From Candidatus Helarchaeota archaeon (lineage in GTDB: Archaea; Asgardarchaeota; Lokiarchaeia; Helarchaeales; RDOG01), in assembly GCA_029838215.1 (NCBI GenBank), contig JALGVI010000006.1, positions 1-64,000 on the forward strand: 64,000 nucleotides of DNA, read 5' to 3'. The position numbers were made by a program, and so were the translations under genes. Under the pieces are notes generated by a model that had not been told where the DNA came from, searched no databases, and was given only the letters and a program-made list of their open reading frames with translations. This document shows positions 38,137-48,623 of the stretch, piece after piece (position 1 is the first letter of the stretch; each line of letters begins with the position of its first letter).

Positions 38137-40056
38137 TTAAGAAATATCTGCAGACGTCGGTGATAAGTCCTTAGCAATCCCGAGAAGGGCAATCAACTTA
38201 CCATTTTTATCATGGATTGGCTTTACAACAAGACTTGCCATGAATTTCTCACCATTTTTGCGAACAAGATTAAGAATTTCTTCAAATTTTCCTTTTTCTT
38301 TTATGTTTTTAAGAACCCGTGGAATGATTCCATTACGATCTTCTTGAGGGTGAAACATGGCAACTTCTTTACCAATAACTTCCTCGGATTTCCACCCGAA
38401 AATCTTTTCGCTCCCTTTATTGTATGTTAAAATCCTTCCTTTCATGTCGGCTGTATTTATAGATAAATCAACGGTCTCAAGGATTAATTCGTTAAGTTCG
38501 TGAATCCTTCGGAGTTCATCTTCAGCATTTTTCTGATCGGTAATATCTCTGACAAAGACGCCAGCAAGATCCTTCCCAAAATGAAAGCCCCTTGCTTCAT
38601 AATGGCGTTTTTCTTTTTTGACATCAAGCGCGAAGGTGAAAACTTGCGGTTCTTTTGTTTCAAAAAGCGTCTTGATCTTTGAAATAGCGGTTTTTTTCAG
38701 ATCTCCGGTCAAAAAGTCATCGATTTTACTACCGCGTAAATTTTCAGGTAGCGAGAATAATTGTTCAGGATCGCCTTCAAAATTAACAATTCTAAAATCA
38801 GAAGAAATCAAGAAAAATAAATCGGGAGTTATTTCGAAAATTCTTCTAAACTTTTCTTCAGATTCAATTATTTTTTCTTCAGACCGTTTTCGTTCTGAAA
38901 TGTCACGAATGATGGCTAAATTGGCAACATCACCATCCCATTCTATAAGCCCACCGCTGATTTCCACGTCAATTATTGTCCCATCCTTCCGGCGAATTTT
39001 TGCCTCAATAAGATCAGGTATGTTTTTTCCTTTTATTCGATCCTCGTAGCGCTTCTTTAACTTATTTATATCTTCCTCAGTGGCGATGAAATCGGTAAAT
39101 AGCCTTCCTTCAATATCCTCTTTTTGATAACCGAAGACTTCGTTTGTTTTCTTGTTAAAAAAAACGATTTTACCATTTTTTATGATTACAATCGTGTCAT
39201 TCGAACGCTCTATTAATTTTCTATACTTCTCTTCGGATTTATATCGTTCATTCTCCAGCTTTTTACGAACTGATATGTCACGTATTATTGCCAAGTCAGC
39301 TGGACGCCCATTCCAATCCACGATCCCCGCGCTCACTTCAGCGTCCAAAAAACTTCCATCTTTTCGTTTGATTTTTATTTCGTAAAGCGATGGAACACCC
39401 TTACTAGTAATGCGATCTTCATATATTTTCATGATTTTTTTAATTAGAGCATCACCTGCAAGGAATTCTTGAAAAGGCCTCCCTTGCATCTCTTCGCTTG
39501 AGTAGCCGAACATTTCAACTGCTTTTTTATTATTAAAAACGATGAAACCGTCTTGAATGATTATGATTGAATCATTTGAACGCTCGATTAAATTATTGAA
39601 TTTTCGTTCAGATGTTTCTCTCTCTTTCCGAATGGCTTCTTCTAGCCTTTTCTTATCCGTGATATCTCTTGCAAAATGTGCAACAGCGATTACTTCATTC
39701 TGGTTAAAAATGGGATATACTAAATAATTATACCAACGGTTATTCTTTGCATCGAGGTGTTCAACAGATACATGTCTTTTCTTCTCTAATGCGTCCTTAA
39801 TTGGACACTCAGCACAAATAACGTCATTTCCGTGAAAGATAAGATGACAGGGCTTGCCAACAATGTCTTCATTTTCTCTCACGTTATGATACAAGCGAGC
39901 AAGACGATAGGTGGCTTTATTAGCCTTAATTATGTTTAAATTTACATCTTGAATGATGACAATATCGTTTATTGACTCAAAAAACATGTTTAACAGAAAG
40001 TTGATGTATTCGACTTTCAAAAGAAAGTCTGATTTATCGCGAAGCTCGTTAGGCAT
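38137..40056 (-). CDS. PAS-only protein with five PAS domains and no output domain
   Basis: Five PAS/PAC units ending in RDIT/RDIS/KDLS; no HisKA, HATPase, GGDEF or REC motifs. Confidence 0.88.
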   Translation of the reverse strand: MPNELRDKSDFLLKVEYINFLLNMFFESINDIVIIQDVNLNIIKANKATYRLARLYHNVRENEDIVGKPCHLIFHGNDVICAECPIKDALEKKRHVSVEHLDAKNNRWYNYLVYPIFNQNEVIAVAHFARDITDKKRLEEAIRKERETSERKFNNLIERSNDSIIIIQDGFIVFNNKKAVEMFGYSSEEMQGRPFQEFLAGDALIKKIMKIYEDRITSKGVPSLYEIKIKRKDGSFLDAEVSAGIVDWNGRPADLAIIRDISVRKKLENERYKSEEKYRKLIERSNDTIVIIKNGKIVFFNKKTNEVFGYQKEDIEGRLFTDFIATEEDINKLKKRYEDRIKGKNIPDLIEAKIRRKDGTIIDVEISGGLIEWDGDVANLAIIRDISERKRSEEKIIESEEKFRRIFEITPDLFFLISSDFRIVNFEGDPEQLFSLPENLRGSKIDDFLTGDLKKTAISKIKTLFETKEPQVFTFALDVKKEKRHYEARGFHFGKDLAGVFVRDITDQKNAEDELRRIHELNELILETVDLSINTADMKGRILTYNKGSEKIFGWKSEEVIGKEVAMFHPQEDRNGIIPRVLKNIKEKGKFEEILNLVRKNGEKFMASLVVKPIHDKNGKLIALLGIAKDLSPTSADIS

Positions 40057-40175
40057 TTTCCCCAGCCATCTATTTTAATATTTTTAATAAGGAAATCCGA
40101 TCAAAAGCCCTTCCGCTTGAGACGAAATTATCCCGATTACTTCGTTTCTGACATATATCAGTAATTAGACTTATT

Positions 40176-42446
40176 TTAAATTCTTTTGGCAATACCGAGC
40201 AGAGCAATTAGTTTCTTATTCTTATCATGAATTGGCGTAACAACTAAATTCGCAAGTAAGGTTTCGCCATTTTTGCGCACGAGTCTAACGGCTTTTTCGA
40301 ATTTACCTTTTTCTAAGGCATCTTTTATGATTTGAGGAACAAGGGTCTGGTGGTCTTCTTTAGGATGAAAAATTTTTATTGATTTACCGATTACTTCTTC
40401 GGATTTCCACCCGAATAACTTTTCGCTTCCCTTGTTATAAGCCAATAATTCTCCGTTTAAGTCGGAAATGTTTATGGGAAGATCGACGTTATCAAGAATG
40501 AGCTGATTAAGTTCACTCGTTTTAGTTAACTCCTCTTCGATCTTGCGTTGTATTGTCAGATCCCGTATAAAAATACCGACTCTATCTTCAGAAAAGTAGA
40601 GGTATTGTGCTTTAAAATATCGCTGAATGCCTTCAATTGTGAGAAAATATTCCAGACTTTGGGGTTCTTTCGTGTTTAATGTTTTCCGAATACTCTCCAG
40701 ACAGGTTGCTTTAAGATCATTTGGAAGAAGATCGATCATTTTCATGCTGAGAAATTCTTCGGGAGGAGCATAAGTTTTCTCAGTTGCACCCCAAAAATCA
40801 AGAATTCTTGAATCACCAGAGACCAAGAAAAATAAGTCAGGTATTGCTTCGAGAATTGTTCGAAACCTTTCCTCGAAGTCCTTAATAGTTTTTTCTGCAA
40901 ATTTACGTTCGGAAATGTCTCGAACGACTACGAGAGCAGCATATTTACCGTTCCACTCAAATAAACTTGTATTATATTCAACATCGATAATGGACCCGTC
41001 TTTTCGACGGATTTTTAACTCGGTAAGAGAAGGAATTTCCTTTCCCGCAATGAGATCATTGTACTGCTTGATAAGAGCGGGAATTCCTTTTTTTTCGGGA
41101 AAGAAAGATTTTAAATGAGTTCGCCTTAATTCTTCGTCAGCATAACCAAACATTTCATTTGTTTTACTATTGTTAAAGACCGTATAACCGTCTTGAACTA
41201 TGATGATTGCATCATTTGATCTATTAATTATGGAGCGATATTTTTCTTCAGACTCTTTCAGTTTTCGCTCTGTCAGCTTGCGTTCGGAAATGTCACGAAT
41301 TATTACCAAGTCTGCTGGTTTTCCATCCCATTCGATCATTCCCCCACTAATTTCCACGTCGATAATCTGGTCTTTTTTCCCACGAATTTTTGCTTCAACT
41401 ACGGAAGGAAGGACCTTTCCGGACATTCGATCCAAGTAGCGCTGATAGAAAGACTTCGCTTCATTTGGATCAGGAATGAAATCCGTGAATGGACGTCCTT
41501 GAACGTCTTCTAATGAATAACCGAATGTATCTTGAGCCATTTTGTTATTATAGACAACGTTTCCATCTTGAATGACAATAATTGCGTCATTAGATCTCTC
41601 GATCAATGTCTGAAATTTCTCCATTGACTTGTGTCGTATTTCTTCCATCTTTTTCCGTTCTGAAATATCTCGAACAATAGCCAATCCTGCTGGTCTTCCA
41701 TCCCATTCAATCATGGCAGCATTCATCTCAACATCCACGGTGGTGGCATCTTTTCGCTTAATCCTTACATTAAATAGGGATGGAAATGCTCCTTTTTCCA
41801 GTCGATCTTTGTATTGCTTGAAGATTGCCTTTGTTTCTTCTTTTCCATCGATAAAATCCTTAATTTGAAGATTCTTTATTTCATCAGAAGAGTATCCGAG
41901 GATTTTTGTTGCAACCTTATTGTGAAAAACAGCCCGTCCATCTTGAATGATCATTATCCCATCATTTGACCATTCAATGAGATTTCTATATTTCATCTCC
42001 AAGTGCCGCCTTTCTCGTTCAATTGATTCTTCATATTGCTTTTGTGCCGTGAGGTCTCTTACCACGCAGGCCATGGCAACGACTTTGTTACCATCAAAGA
42101 TAGGGTAAACGAGATAATTGTACCAACGCTTGTACCTGGGATTATAAAATTCAACGGACGTATTTGTCTTTTTTTGGATGGAATTCGAAATCGGACAGTT
42201 TTCACATTCAGTTTTACGTCCATAAAAGACGAAATGACATTTTTTTCCTACAATATCTTCTGATACGTGTATGTGATTGTTTAATCGAGCCAATCTATAT
42301 GCCGCACGATTTCCTCGCATGATTCGAAAATTTAGGTCCATTAAAACCATTAAATCGCTTGCTGATTCAAAAAATAAATCTAAAAGGCTTTTAGAATAAT
42401 CTAAATGCTTTCGGAGTAACTCTCTATCGAGACCATCCTTACTCAT
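40176..42446 (-). CDS. PAS-only protein with six PAS domains and no output domain; tandem paralog of the previous gene
   Basis: Same layout with one extra copy of the central (I/L)(E/N)(R/W)SND-type PAS; ends LIALLGIAKRI-stop. Confidence 0.88.
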   Translation of the reverse strand: MSKDGLDRELLRKHLDYSKSLLDLFFESASDLMVLMDLNFRIMRGNRAAYRLARLNNHIHVSEDIVGKKCHFVFYGRKTECENCPISNSIQKKTNTSVEFYNPRYKRWYNYLVYPIFDGNKVVAMACVVRDLTAQKQYEESIERERRHLEMKYRNLIEWSNDGIMIIQDGRAVFHNKVATKILGYSSDEIKNLQIKDFIDGKEETKAIFKQYKDRLEKGAFPSLFNVRIKRKDATTVDVEMNAAMIEWDGRPAGLAIVRDISERKKMEEIRHKSMEKFQTLIERSNDAIIVIQDGNVVYNNKMAQDTFGYSLEDVQGRPFTDFIPDPNEAKSFYQRYLDRMSGKVLPSVVEAKIRGKKDQIIDVEISGGMIEWDGKPADLVIIRDISERKLTERKLKESEEKYRSIINRSNDAIIIVQDGYTVFNNSKTNEMFGYADEELRRTHLKSFFPEKKGIPALIKQYNDLIAGKEIPSLTELKIRRKDGSIIDVEYNTSLFEWNGKYAALVVVRDISERKFAEKTIKDFEERFRTILEAIPDLFFLVSGDSRILDFWGATEKTYAPPEEFLSMKMIDLLPNDLKATCLESIRKTLNTKEPQSLEYFLTIEGIQRYFKAQYLYFSEDRVGIFIRDLTIQRKIEEELTKTSELNQLILDNVDLPINISDLNGELLAYNKGSEKLFGWKSEEVIGKSIKIFHPKEDHQTLVPQIIKDALEKGKFEKAVRLVRKNGETLLANLVVTPIHDKNKKLIALLGIAKRI

Positions 42447-42716
42447 TTACCCCAACCATTCTTTATATCGAATTTATTTACTGCACGCCTTAAGTCAGAC
42501 GAAAATATCCCCAAAATTCATCGTTTCCTGAAATCCATTTGCGTGCGCTCGAGAATTTATTACTAAAACTTATTCATTTCGCATCATATTAAAATTTTTT
42601 TAGCTCAAAGAAGTGAAATCGAAAAATGAAGTTTTTTCGAGTTTGGCTTATCAATTTCATTACATGTATAACCATCTGTCTAGTAAATTAATAGGGAATT
42701 TAAGGAAATGAGTAAT

Positions 42717-43514
42717 TCATTCCATGAAATCAAAAATCCTTTTTGGAGGAGAATAATTCAGGATGATCATTTCTTCTCGCATGTTATCTCCTTTTTTACA
42801 GGTCACGCTGTAATTGACTTCGGTAGGAATCACGTGGAAACCCGAGAATTTGTTGACTAAGTCTCGGTTTAAAGTGAGAATGAATTTTCCTTTTATACCC
42901 CGTAATACTTTAACCAACTCATCATAATTGAACTTGATCCCATAGGAATAATCGGTGTCATAGGGTGGATCAAGAAAAAAGAGCGTGGTAGGACGATCAA
43001 ATCTCTTCATTAGGTCCTTATAGTCAAGATTCTCAATAATGGCGTTCTGAAGCCGCTTGTGAGCTTTTTTTACCAAATCGAGTCCCGTGAACAAGCTACT
43101 TTTTGCTTTTTTATCGGGTGTGGATGCAAATGGAGAATTACACCTTCCTTCTTTATTAAATCGGAACAAACCACCATAACTGCATTTGATTATGTAATAA
43201 AGCCGAAATGCTTTTTCAATGTCATCCAATTCGTTCCAATTGCTCTCCCGATATTCCATGAAAAGATCTCGACTCACCAGAGCATATTCAAACTTTTTCA
43301 GGAAGATGCCGAGGTCATCCTTTATGACACGGAAGAAGGTGATAAGCAATTGATTGTTATCGTTAATGACTTCGATTCGTGAAGGTTTTTTATGGAAGAA
43401 AACGCTTCCGCCACCAAAAAAAGCCTCAACATAACACTGATGGGATGGAAAGAGCGAAACAATTTTCTGTCGTAAAAGACGCTTGGAACCGACCCATTTA
43501 ATTGGACTGTTCAT
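42717..43514 (-). CDS. Dam-like (D12 class, alpha group) DNA adenine methyltransferase
   Basis: PIKWVGSKR, YVEAFFGGGSV, VINDNN, IENLDY and FFLDPPY. Confidence 0.92.
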   Translation of the reverse strand: MNSPIKWVGSKRLLRQKIVSLFPSHQCYVEAFFGGGSVFFHKKPSRIEVINDNNQLLITFFRVIKDDLGIFLKKFEYALVSRDLFMEYRESNWNELDDIEKAFRLYYIIKCSYGGLFRFNKEGRCNSPFASTPDKKAKSSLFTGLDLVKKAHKRLQNAIIENLDYKDLMKRFDRPTTLFFLDPPYDTDYSYGIKFNYDELVKVLRGIKGKFILTLNRDLVNKFSGFHVIPTEVNYSVTCKKGDNMREEMIILNYSPPKRIFDFME

Positions 43515-44410
43515 TGTTTCGAACCCTTCTCCATGAATGAAATGATATCCCTTTGCCTGTTTTTCTCTCGGGATTCATCACGCAAGTCACGTATCATCAC
43601 CCTTGCTTCGGCAATGTTTTGGTCTATCGTGGGCTTGCACGCGGGATTGATTTCAAAACCGATGAAATTACGGCGATTTTTAACGCAAGCAACAGCCGTC
43701 GTTCCGTTGCCCATAAATGGATCCAAAACCACTGCTTTTTTTCCATTTTCCATCGGTCTTGAAGAATATTTGATGAATTTTTCAACGAGTTCTTCTGGAA
43801 GTTTTGTTGAGTTCTTTATTTTTCCGCGATTATATGGTCGTTTGATTTCCCAAACATTCTCCATGTAATTCAACCAATATTCATCCATGGCTGATACAGG
43901 AGACCCGACATTCTGAGAAGAGAGATTCATCACGTCTTCGGGATAATGATCTATTTTATTGAAATAATACTTTTTCGGGTTTTTCACGAGAAATAACACG
44001 TGATAATGACTGGATACGAACTTTCGTTTAGTAAAAACACCAAACTGGTACTTCCAAATGATATGATTCACCGTAATGAAACCCGCTTTCGCTATAGCAT
44101 TCAAAATTTCCCGTAATTTGGTCCAGCCAGAAATGAGATAAAATGAACCTGTATTCTTTAAAACTCGATAAACCTCCTTTATCCATCCATGAGAAAACTC
44201 TTCATAATCTTGCTTTATTTCAGAATAACCGGGAATGACAAGACTCGCCTTTCTATTATATTGAGACCCCATTTTATCAAAATTAATTCCAAAAGGAGGA
44301 TCGGCGATCACGAGATCTATTGATTCATCGGGAATGCGCTCTGCCATGCCTTGAATGCAGTCTTCATAATAAATTTTGTCGAGTTCTAACAAATTATTCG
44401 AAAACTCCAC
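43511..44410 (-). CDS. Beta-class N4/N6 DNA methyltransferase
   Basis: Catalytic IADPPF precedes the SAM-binding VLDPFMGNGTT and IGFEIN; 4-bp overlap with the Dam-like gene. Confidence 0.92.
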   Translation of the reverse strand: MEFSNNLLELDKIYYEDCIQGMAERIPDESIDLVIADPPFGINFDKMGSQYNRKASLVIPGYSEIKQDYEEFSHGWIKEVYRVLKNTGSFYLISGWTKLREILNAIAKAGFITVNHIIWKYQFGVFTKRKFVSSHYHVLFLVKNPKKYYFNKIDHYPEDVMNLSSQNVGSPVSAMDEYWLNYMENVWEIKRPYNRGKIKNSTKLPEELVEKFIKYSSRPMENGKKAVVLDPFMGNGTTAVACVKNRRNFIGFEINPACKPTIDQNIAEARVMIRDLRDESREKNRQRDIISFMEKGSKQ

Positions 44411-44496
44411 GTCTAACTTTTGAACTAACGTTAATTATAAGAATTATTTGAATAATTGGAATATTAAAGGATTTTTTCAAATTCATTTGAATTAAA

Positions 44497-46008
44497 GTGG
44501 TTGAAATGGGTTCTAAAGTTGAACGCGTGATTCAGTTAATATTGGATGACGTGCGAGCTGACCAATTTTTCCAATTACTTGATGATGGAAAGTTGCCAAA
44601 AATTCGAAAATATCTTGGAGACGGCATCCGTGGTAATTGCACGAGCATTTATCCTGCCATTACCGTTCCAGCGCGCTTGACATTATTAACAGGGGCATAT
44701 CCTGATGCCTATTCTGTCCCGGGAATGCACTGGTATGAACGTCGCACGAATAAAATTCACAATCATGCTTCCCTGCACAGCTGGGACATCCCGGAAATGT
44801 TAGGAGATCGTGTGAAAACGCTTTACGAACAGGTAAGCGGAAATACGGCAGATTTATTTACTTTAATGCACCGCGGCGTAGATTATAACTTCCCTACGAA
44901 GGCACAAACCGTGGGGATATATATTTGGCATTTTTACATCTTGAGAACCAGTGTCGTGAAAGCAAATGAATTCACGGTCAATAAAATTCTTGACATGTTC
45001 ACGAAACCGAGAAAATATTTTGGAAATTCAGACCCACCCAGATTTATTTCGGCATGGTTTTTTTCTTCAGACGACCTGATGCATGATCACGGATATGATT
45101 CCCGAGAGTACATTTCCAATCTGATCGATATTGACAGACAAATAGGGGTTCTAATCGAAGGAAACAATAAGCATGACGGATTAAAACAACAGGGATATTT
45201 AGATGATACGGTTTTCATTCTTTCCTCTGATCACGGTAACTATAAAGCCAAGCGTCAGGTTATACTTGAGCCATACTTTCAACAACACGGCTTGATCCCA
45301 ATAAAGTCGGGTAAGAAAAATAGAGGCAACTTCGATGTTGCAATGGGAGCGGTTGGTCAGTTTTATTTTAAGGGAAAAGATCCGAACAGTCGTCCGACTC
45401 AAGCAGAGCTGGAAAAATATGGACCAAATGAACTAAACCTATTGAAAATCCTGCGCGGTATTGATGGAATGAAACTACTCTATTATCGAGATGATGAGAA
45501 TACTCCAAAAAAAGGAATGGTCCACGTAGAATATTTGGAAGATGACACGATCATTGAAGGAACAATTGAATATGAAGGAGAGAAAACACGTTTAACGTTA
45601 CCCGGAAAAGATTTCTTCGGGTATTCCGATGACAACATGGGTGCAAAAATGCTGGATGGAAAGTTTCACACGCTTGATGAGTGGATTCAACACACGCACC
45701 ACTTGGATTTCCCAGCAGTTGCAGATTATGTCGTTCGACTTTTCAAGAATCCAAATTCGTGTGATGTATTATGTTCTACATTAGGGGAAACCATTTTTAA
45801 CTACGAACATGGAAAAACACAAAATTCGCACGTGTATGGACATGATATTGCAACACATACAGGGATGACAACACCTCTCCTCATTTCAGGCTCTAACATC
45901 ACCACGAGAACCCTTGACCATGCAAAGAGTTCAGATTTGGTTCCGACCATTGTAAAATTATTGAATGGAAACCTGGCACCTTCCGTGGTTGGTAGAAGCC
46001 TTGTCTGA
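44497..46008 (+). CDS. Alkaline phosphatase superfamily protein (nucleotide pyrophosphatase/phosphodiesterase-like), cytoplasmic
   Basis: LILDDVR, PAITVP (Thr nucleophile), DDLMH, SSDHG and terminal GH metal ligands; no signal peptide. Confidence 0.88.
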   Translation: MVEMGSKVERVIQLILDDVRADQFFQLLDDGKLPKIRKYLGDGIRGNCTSIYPAITVPARLTLLTGAYPDAYSVPGMHWYERRTNKIHNHASLHSWDIPEMLGDRVKTLYEQVSGNTADLFTLMHRGVDYNFPTKAQTVGIYIWHFYILRTSVVKANEFTVNKILDMFTKPRKYFGNSDPPRFISAWFFSSDDLMHDHGYDSREYISNLIDIDRQIGVLIEGNNKHDGLKQQGYLDDTVFILSSDHGNYKAKRQVILEPYFQQHGLIPIKSGKKNRGNFDVAMGAVGQFYFKGKDPNSRPTQAELEKYGPNELNLLKILRGIDGMKLLYYRDDENTPKKGMVHVEYLEDDTIIEGTIEYEGEKTRLTLPGKDFFGYSDDNMGAKMLDGKFHTLDEWIQHTHHLDFPAVADYVVRLFKNPNSCDVLCSTLGETIFNYEHGKTQNSHVYGHDIATHTGMTTPLLISGSNITTRTLDHAKSSDLVPTIVKLLNGNLAPSVVGRSLV

Positions 46009-48295
46009 TCTAGAGAGGGATCTTGAGCAATTATCCGAAATCATATCAATGATTGCACGCGAGAACATCAACAATCCAGCAATAGACAGAAAACAACGAC
46101 ACTTCGTAACTTGGAAGAACTGTTATTTCACGGTTCATTCTTCAAACATACCTGATATCGAATTAATTGATTTTTTTTCAGCAGAATCAGCACGAGTATT
46201 GTTAGCATACCTATTATTCATTAAAAAAAATGCAGAATTATTTCACGTCGAGTGGAGTGCATTCAAGTTTAACACGAATTCCTTTCGAGCTATGGCAGAT
46301 AGAGTTAAAAAACAATTACTTCCCAATTTTATCGAGTTGACCTTTTATTTTTGGTCATGGCTCAACCCCCATGAGGAAAACTCGATTCTAGATGATTGTG
46401 AACGGCAACTTTCTTCAGTTCTCTTGCGAATTTTTTCATCATATTCTGATGAGGAGATAAATAAAATCTTCGAAACTCCAGTAGGGCGTTTACCCAGTCA
46501 AAAACAAAAGGACAAAGGAGAATTTTACACGGAAATGGGTATCGTGGATTTCATACTTGATGAAATTGGGTACACGACACGACTGCACGATAAAAGAATT
46601 TTAGACCCTGCTTGTGGTACCGGAAATTTCATTGTAAAAGCACTACAAAGATATATTAACGACTCGTTGCAAGTAGTTCAAGCGAGATCTTATCTGCAAA
46701 TCTTGGAGAATCTCTTGAATGTTCCACACGTGGTTGGAATGGACATTGATCTTTTTGCATGTTGCATGAGTAAATTACGTTTTCTTCACGTGATAAACGA
46801 TTTAGTCCTTGAGGCAAAAAAACGAAACGATTCTTTTGTTATCAAAAGCATTCCAATCTACTTTACCGATTCATTAATTCCTGATGATTTTGAAGAAGAT
46901 GGTTTAAAAAAAACAGAAGATTATTTGATTTTGGAATCCTTGAAATCCACGCAAGCATGGGATTTTGTCGTGGGAAATCCCCCTTACATTCGTGCCACGC
47001 GTTTTAGAAGCTCGAAAAGAAGCAAATATCGAAAAATTTTTCCTAACATCGCAAGTGGGGCATTCGACATCTCCATTTTATTTCTTTTTAAAGGAGTGGA
47101 GTGGTTGAAAGAAAAAGGTAAACTCGGATTCATCATCACGAATAAATTCTTCATCAATAAATACGCAGAACCATTACGGGCTCACTTATTACGCGAAACA
47201 AACATCCTTACAATTGTTGATTTAACAAGTTCAGATGTTTTCGAGAACAGGTATGTATCCACGACAATTTTTATCGCAGAAAAAACTCGGCGTCCAATGA
47301 ACGAAGTGCGAATAATACGTGTTAAAAATAAATCCCCAGAAGCAATTCACGAGTTGATGATGCTCAGGACGAAAAAATTTCCATTTTCATCGAATGAGTT
47401 ACAATGTCACGTTAAGGAACAAAGTGAATGGGAACGAATCCCCGGCAATGTCTTTCAAATTTTTAATGATTATAATTTGAAAAACATCATTAGAAAAATA
47501 CAGGGAGATGGAACTTTAAAATTGAAACAAATCGGTAAAATTCACGGAGGAATAATGGGGTTTAATTATCATTCATTACGTCCTTTAGTAACAGATGAGA
47601 AATTGGGAAAAAATCAGTTAAAACTCCTAACACCGGGTCTCATCCGACATTTTCGCGTGCTCTGGGGAAAAAAATCCATGAAATTATTTAGACGAAAAGA
47701 AACGGGCGATGAACCTGTTAAGTATAAAACTCCTTTTCTTAGAATCGATTCAAGCTTGATTTCAGATAATACGGCTAGCGTGTTTAGAAAGAGAAAGATT
47801 CTCATTAGAAGTGTTGCCCGAGAGTTGACGAGCTTTCTCGATGAAAAAGGTGAATATGCTTATGCCGTGGCAATATTTGCCTTGCATGACCTGAAAATCC
47901 CGGTTCAAACACGAGATTTATTAACAGAAAAAAACGATGACGACAACATAAATGGTTTCCAACATTACTGCGTTGCATTATTAAATTCAAGCCTTCTAGA
48001 TTTTTATCATAAGTTTAATCATGCCCTGGGGCGCATTCCCAAAGGCTCTTATAGGTATACAAAAGAGATGCTCCAAGATTTGCCGATAAAAATTCCCGCA
48101 AACCAATCAGAGCTTGAGATCTACAACAAGATCAGGAAACTTTGTCAGGAAATTCACGAATCAAATCAAGATTTAGAAAAAGTTGAAGGAGACATTAATT
48201 TTAACAAAAAAGAATTAGACAATCTAATTAAAATGATGTACGGAATAACAGCAGACGAATGGAATGGTATCGAATCGTTTCTAAAGATGAAATAA
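46001..48295 (+). CDS. Gamma-class N6 DNA methyltransferase (Eco57I/TaqI-like) with C-terminal target-recognition domain
   Basis: GEFYT, ILDPACGTGNF, GMDID, VVGNPPY, GKLGFII-x-NKF and TaqI_C-like ALLNSSLLDFY. TTG 46001 is in frame with the listed 45965 ORF and overlaps the upstream stop by 8 nt. Confidence 0.9.
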   Translation: MSDLERDLEQLSEIISMIARENINNPAIDRKQRHFVTWKNCYFTVHSSNIPDIELIDFFSAESARVLLAYLLFIKKNAELFHVEWSAFKFNTNSFRAMADRVKKQLLPNFIELTFYFWSWLNPHEENSILDDCERQLSSVLLRIFSSYSDEEINKIFETPVGRLPSQKQKDKGEFYTEMGIVDFILDEIGYTTRLHDKRILDPACGTGNFIVKALQRYINDSLQVVQARSYLQILENLLNVPHVVGMDIDLFACCMSKLRFLHVINDLVLEAKKRNDSFVIKSIPIYFTDSLIPDDFEEDGLKKTEDYLILESLKSTQAWDFVVGNPPYIRATRFRSSKRSKYRKIFPNIASGAFDISILFLFKGVEWLKEKGKLGFIITNKFFINKYAEPLRAHLLRETNILTIVDLTSSDVFENRYVSTTIFIAEKTRRPMNEVRIIRVKNKSPEAIHELMMLRTKKFPFSSNELQCHVKEQSEWERIPGNVFQIFNDYNLKNIIRKIQGDGTLKLKQIGKIHGGIMGFNYHSLRPLVTDEKLGKNQLKLLTPGLIRHFRVLWGKKSMKLFRRKETGDEPVKYKTPFLRIDSSLISDNTASVFRKRKILIRSVARELTSFLDEKGEYAYAVAIFALHDLKIPVQTRDLLTEKNDDDNINGFQHYCVALLNSSLLDFYHKFNHALGRIPKGSYRYTKEMLQDLPIKIPANQSELEIYNKIRKLCQEIHESNQDLEKVEGDINFNKKELDNLIKMMYGITADEWNGIESFLKMK

Positions 48296-48326
48296 AAAGA
48301 CCGTTCCTTTTTCAATTAAAAATGAA

Positions 48327-48623
48327 CTAATCATATTTAATTTGATCATAAAATTCCTTGCAAAATTCCAAGACCTCTGGAATCGGTGCAATCCTGCCGG
48401 ACTTTAAACGGCGAATGATCCAGCGAAAACTCGGATGTTCCATTATCTTCAGGTCCTGTCCGAGCTTGGCTAATTTATCGATGCTAATTCGGTTCAAGTC
48501 TTTCACGGTCTCTTTTGGAGTTGCTGGCAATATTTTTTTCCTTTGTTCTCTTTCCTTTCTTTTTCGAGCTTGTTCGATCCTTTTTCTTTCCCGTTCTTCA
48601 AGGATTTTTTTAAAATTTTCCAT
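48327..48623 (-). CDS. Hypothetical basic protein
   Basis: 98-aa ORF coupled to the upstream ORF by a TGATG stop/start overlap. Confidence 0.65.
   Translation of the reverse strand: MENFKKILEERERKRIEQARKRKEREQRKKILPATPKETVKDLNRISIDKLAKLGQDLKIMEHPSFRWIIRRLKSGRIAPIPEVLEFCKEFYDQIKYD

Noticed and set aside
38137-42446. Recurrent DNA similarity considered as a mobile or repeat element
   Set aside because: It is fully explained by duplicated PAS-coding segments.
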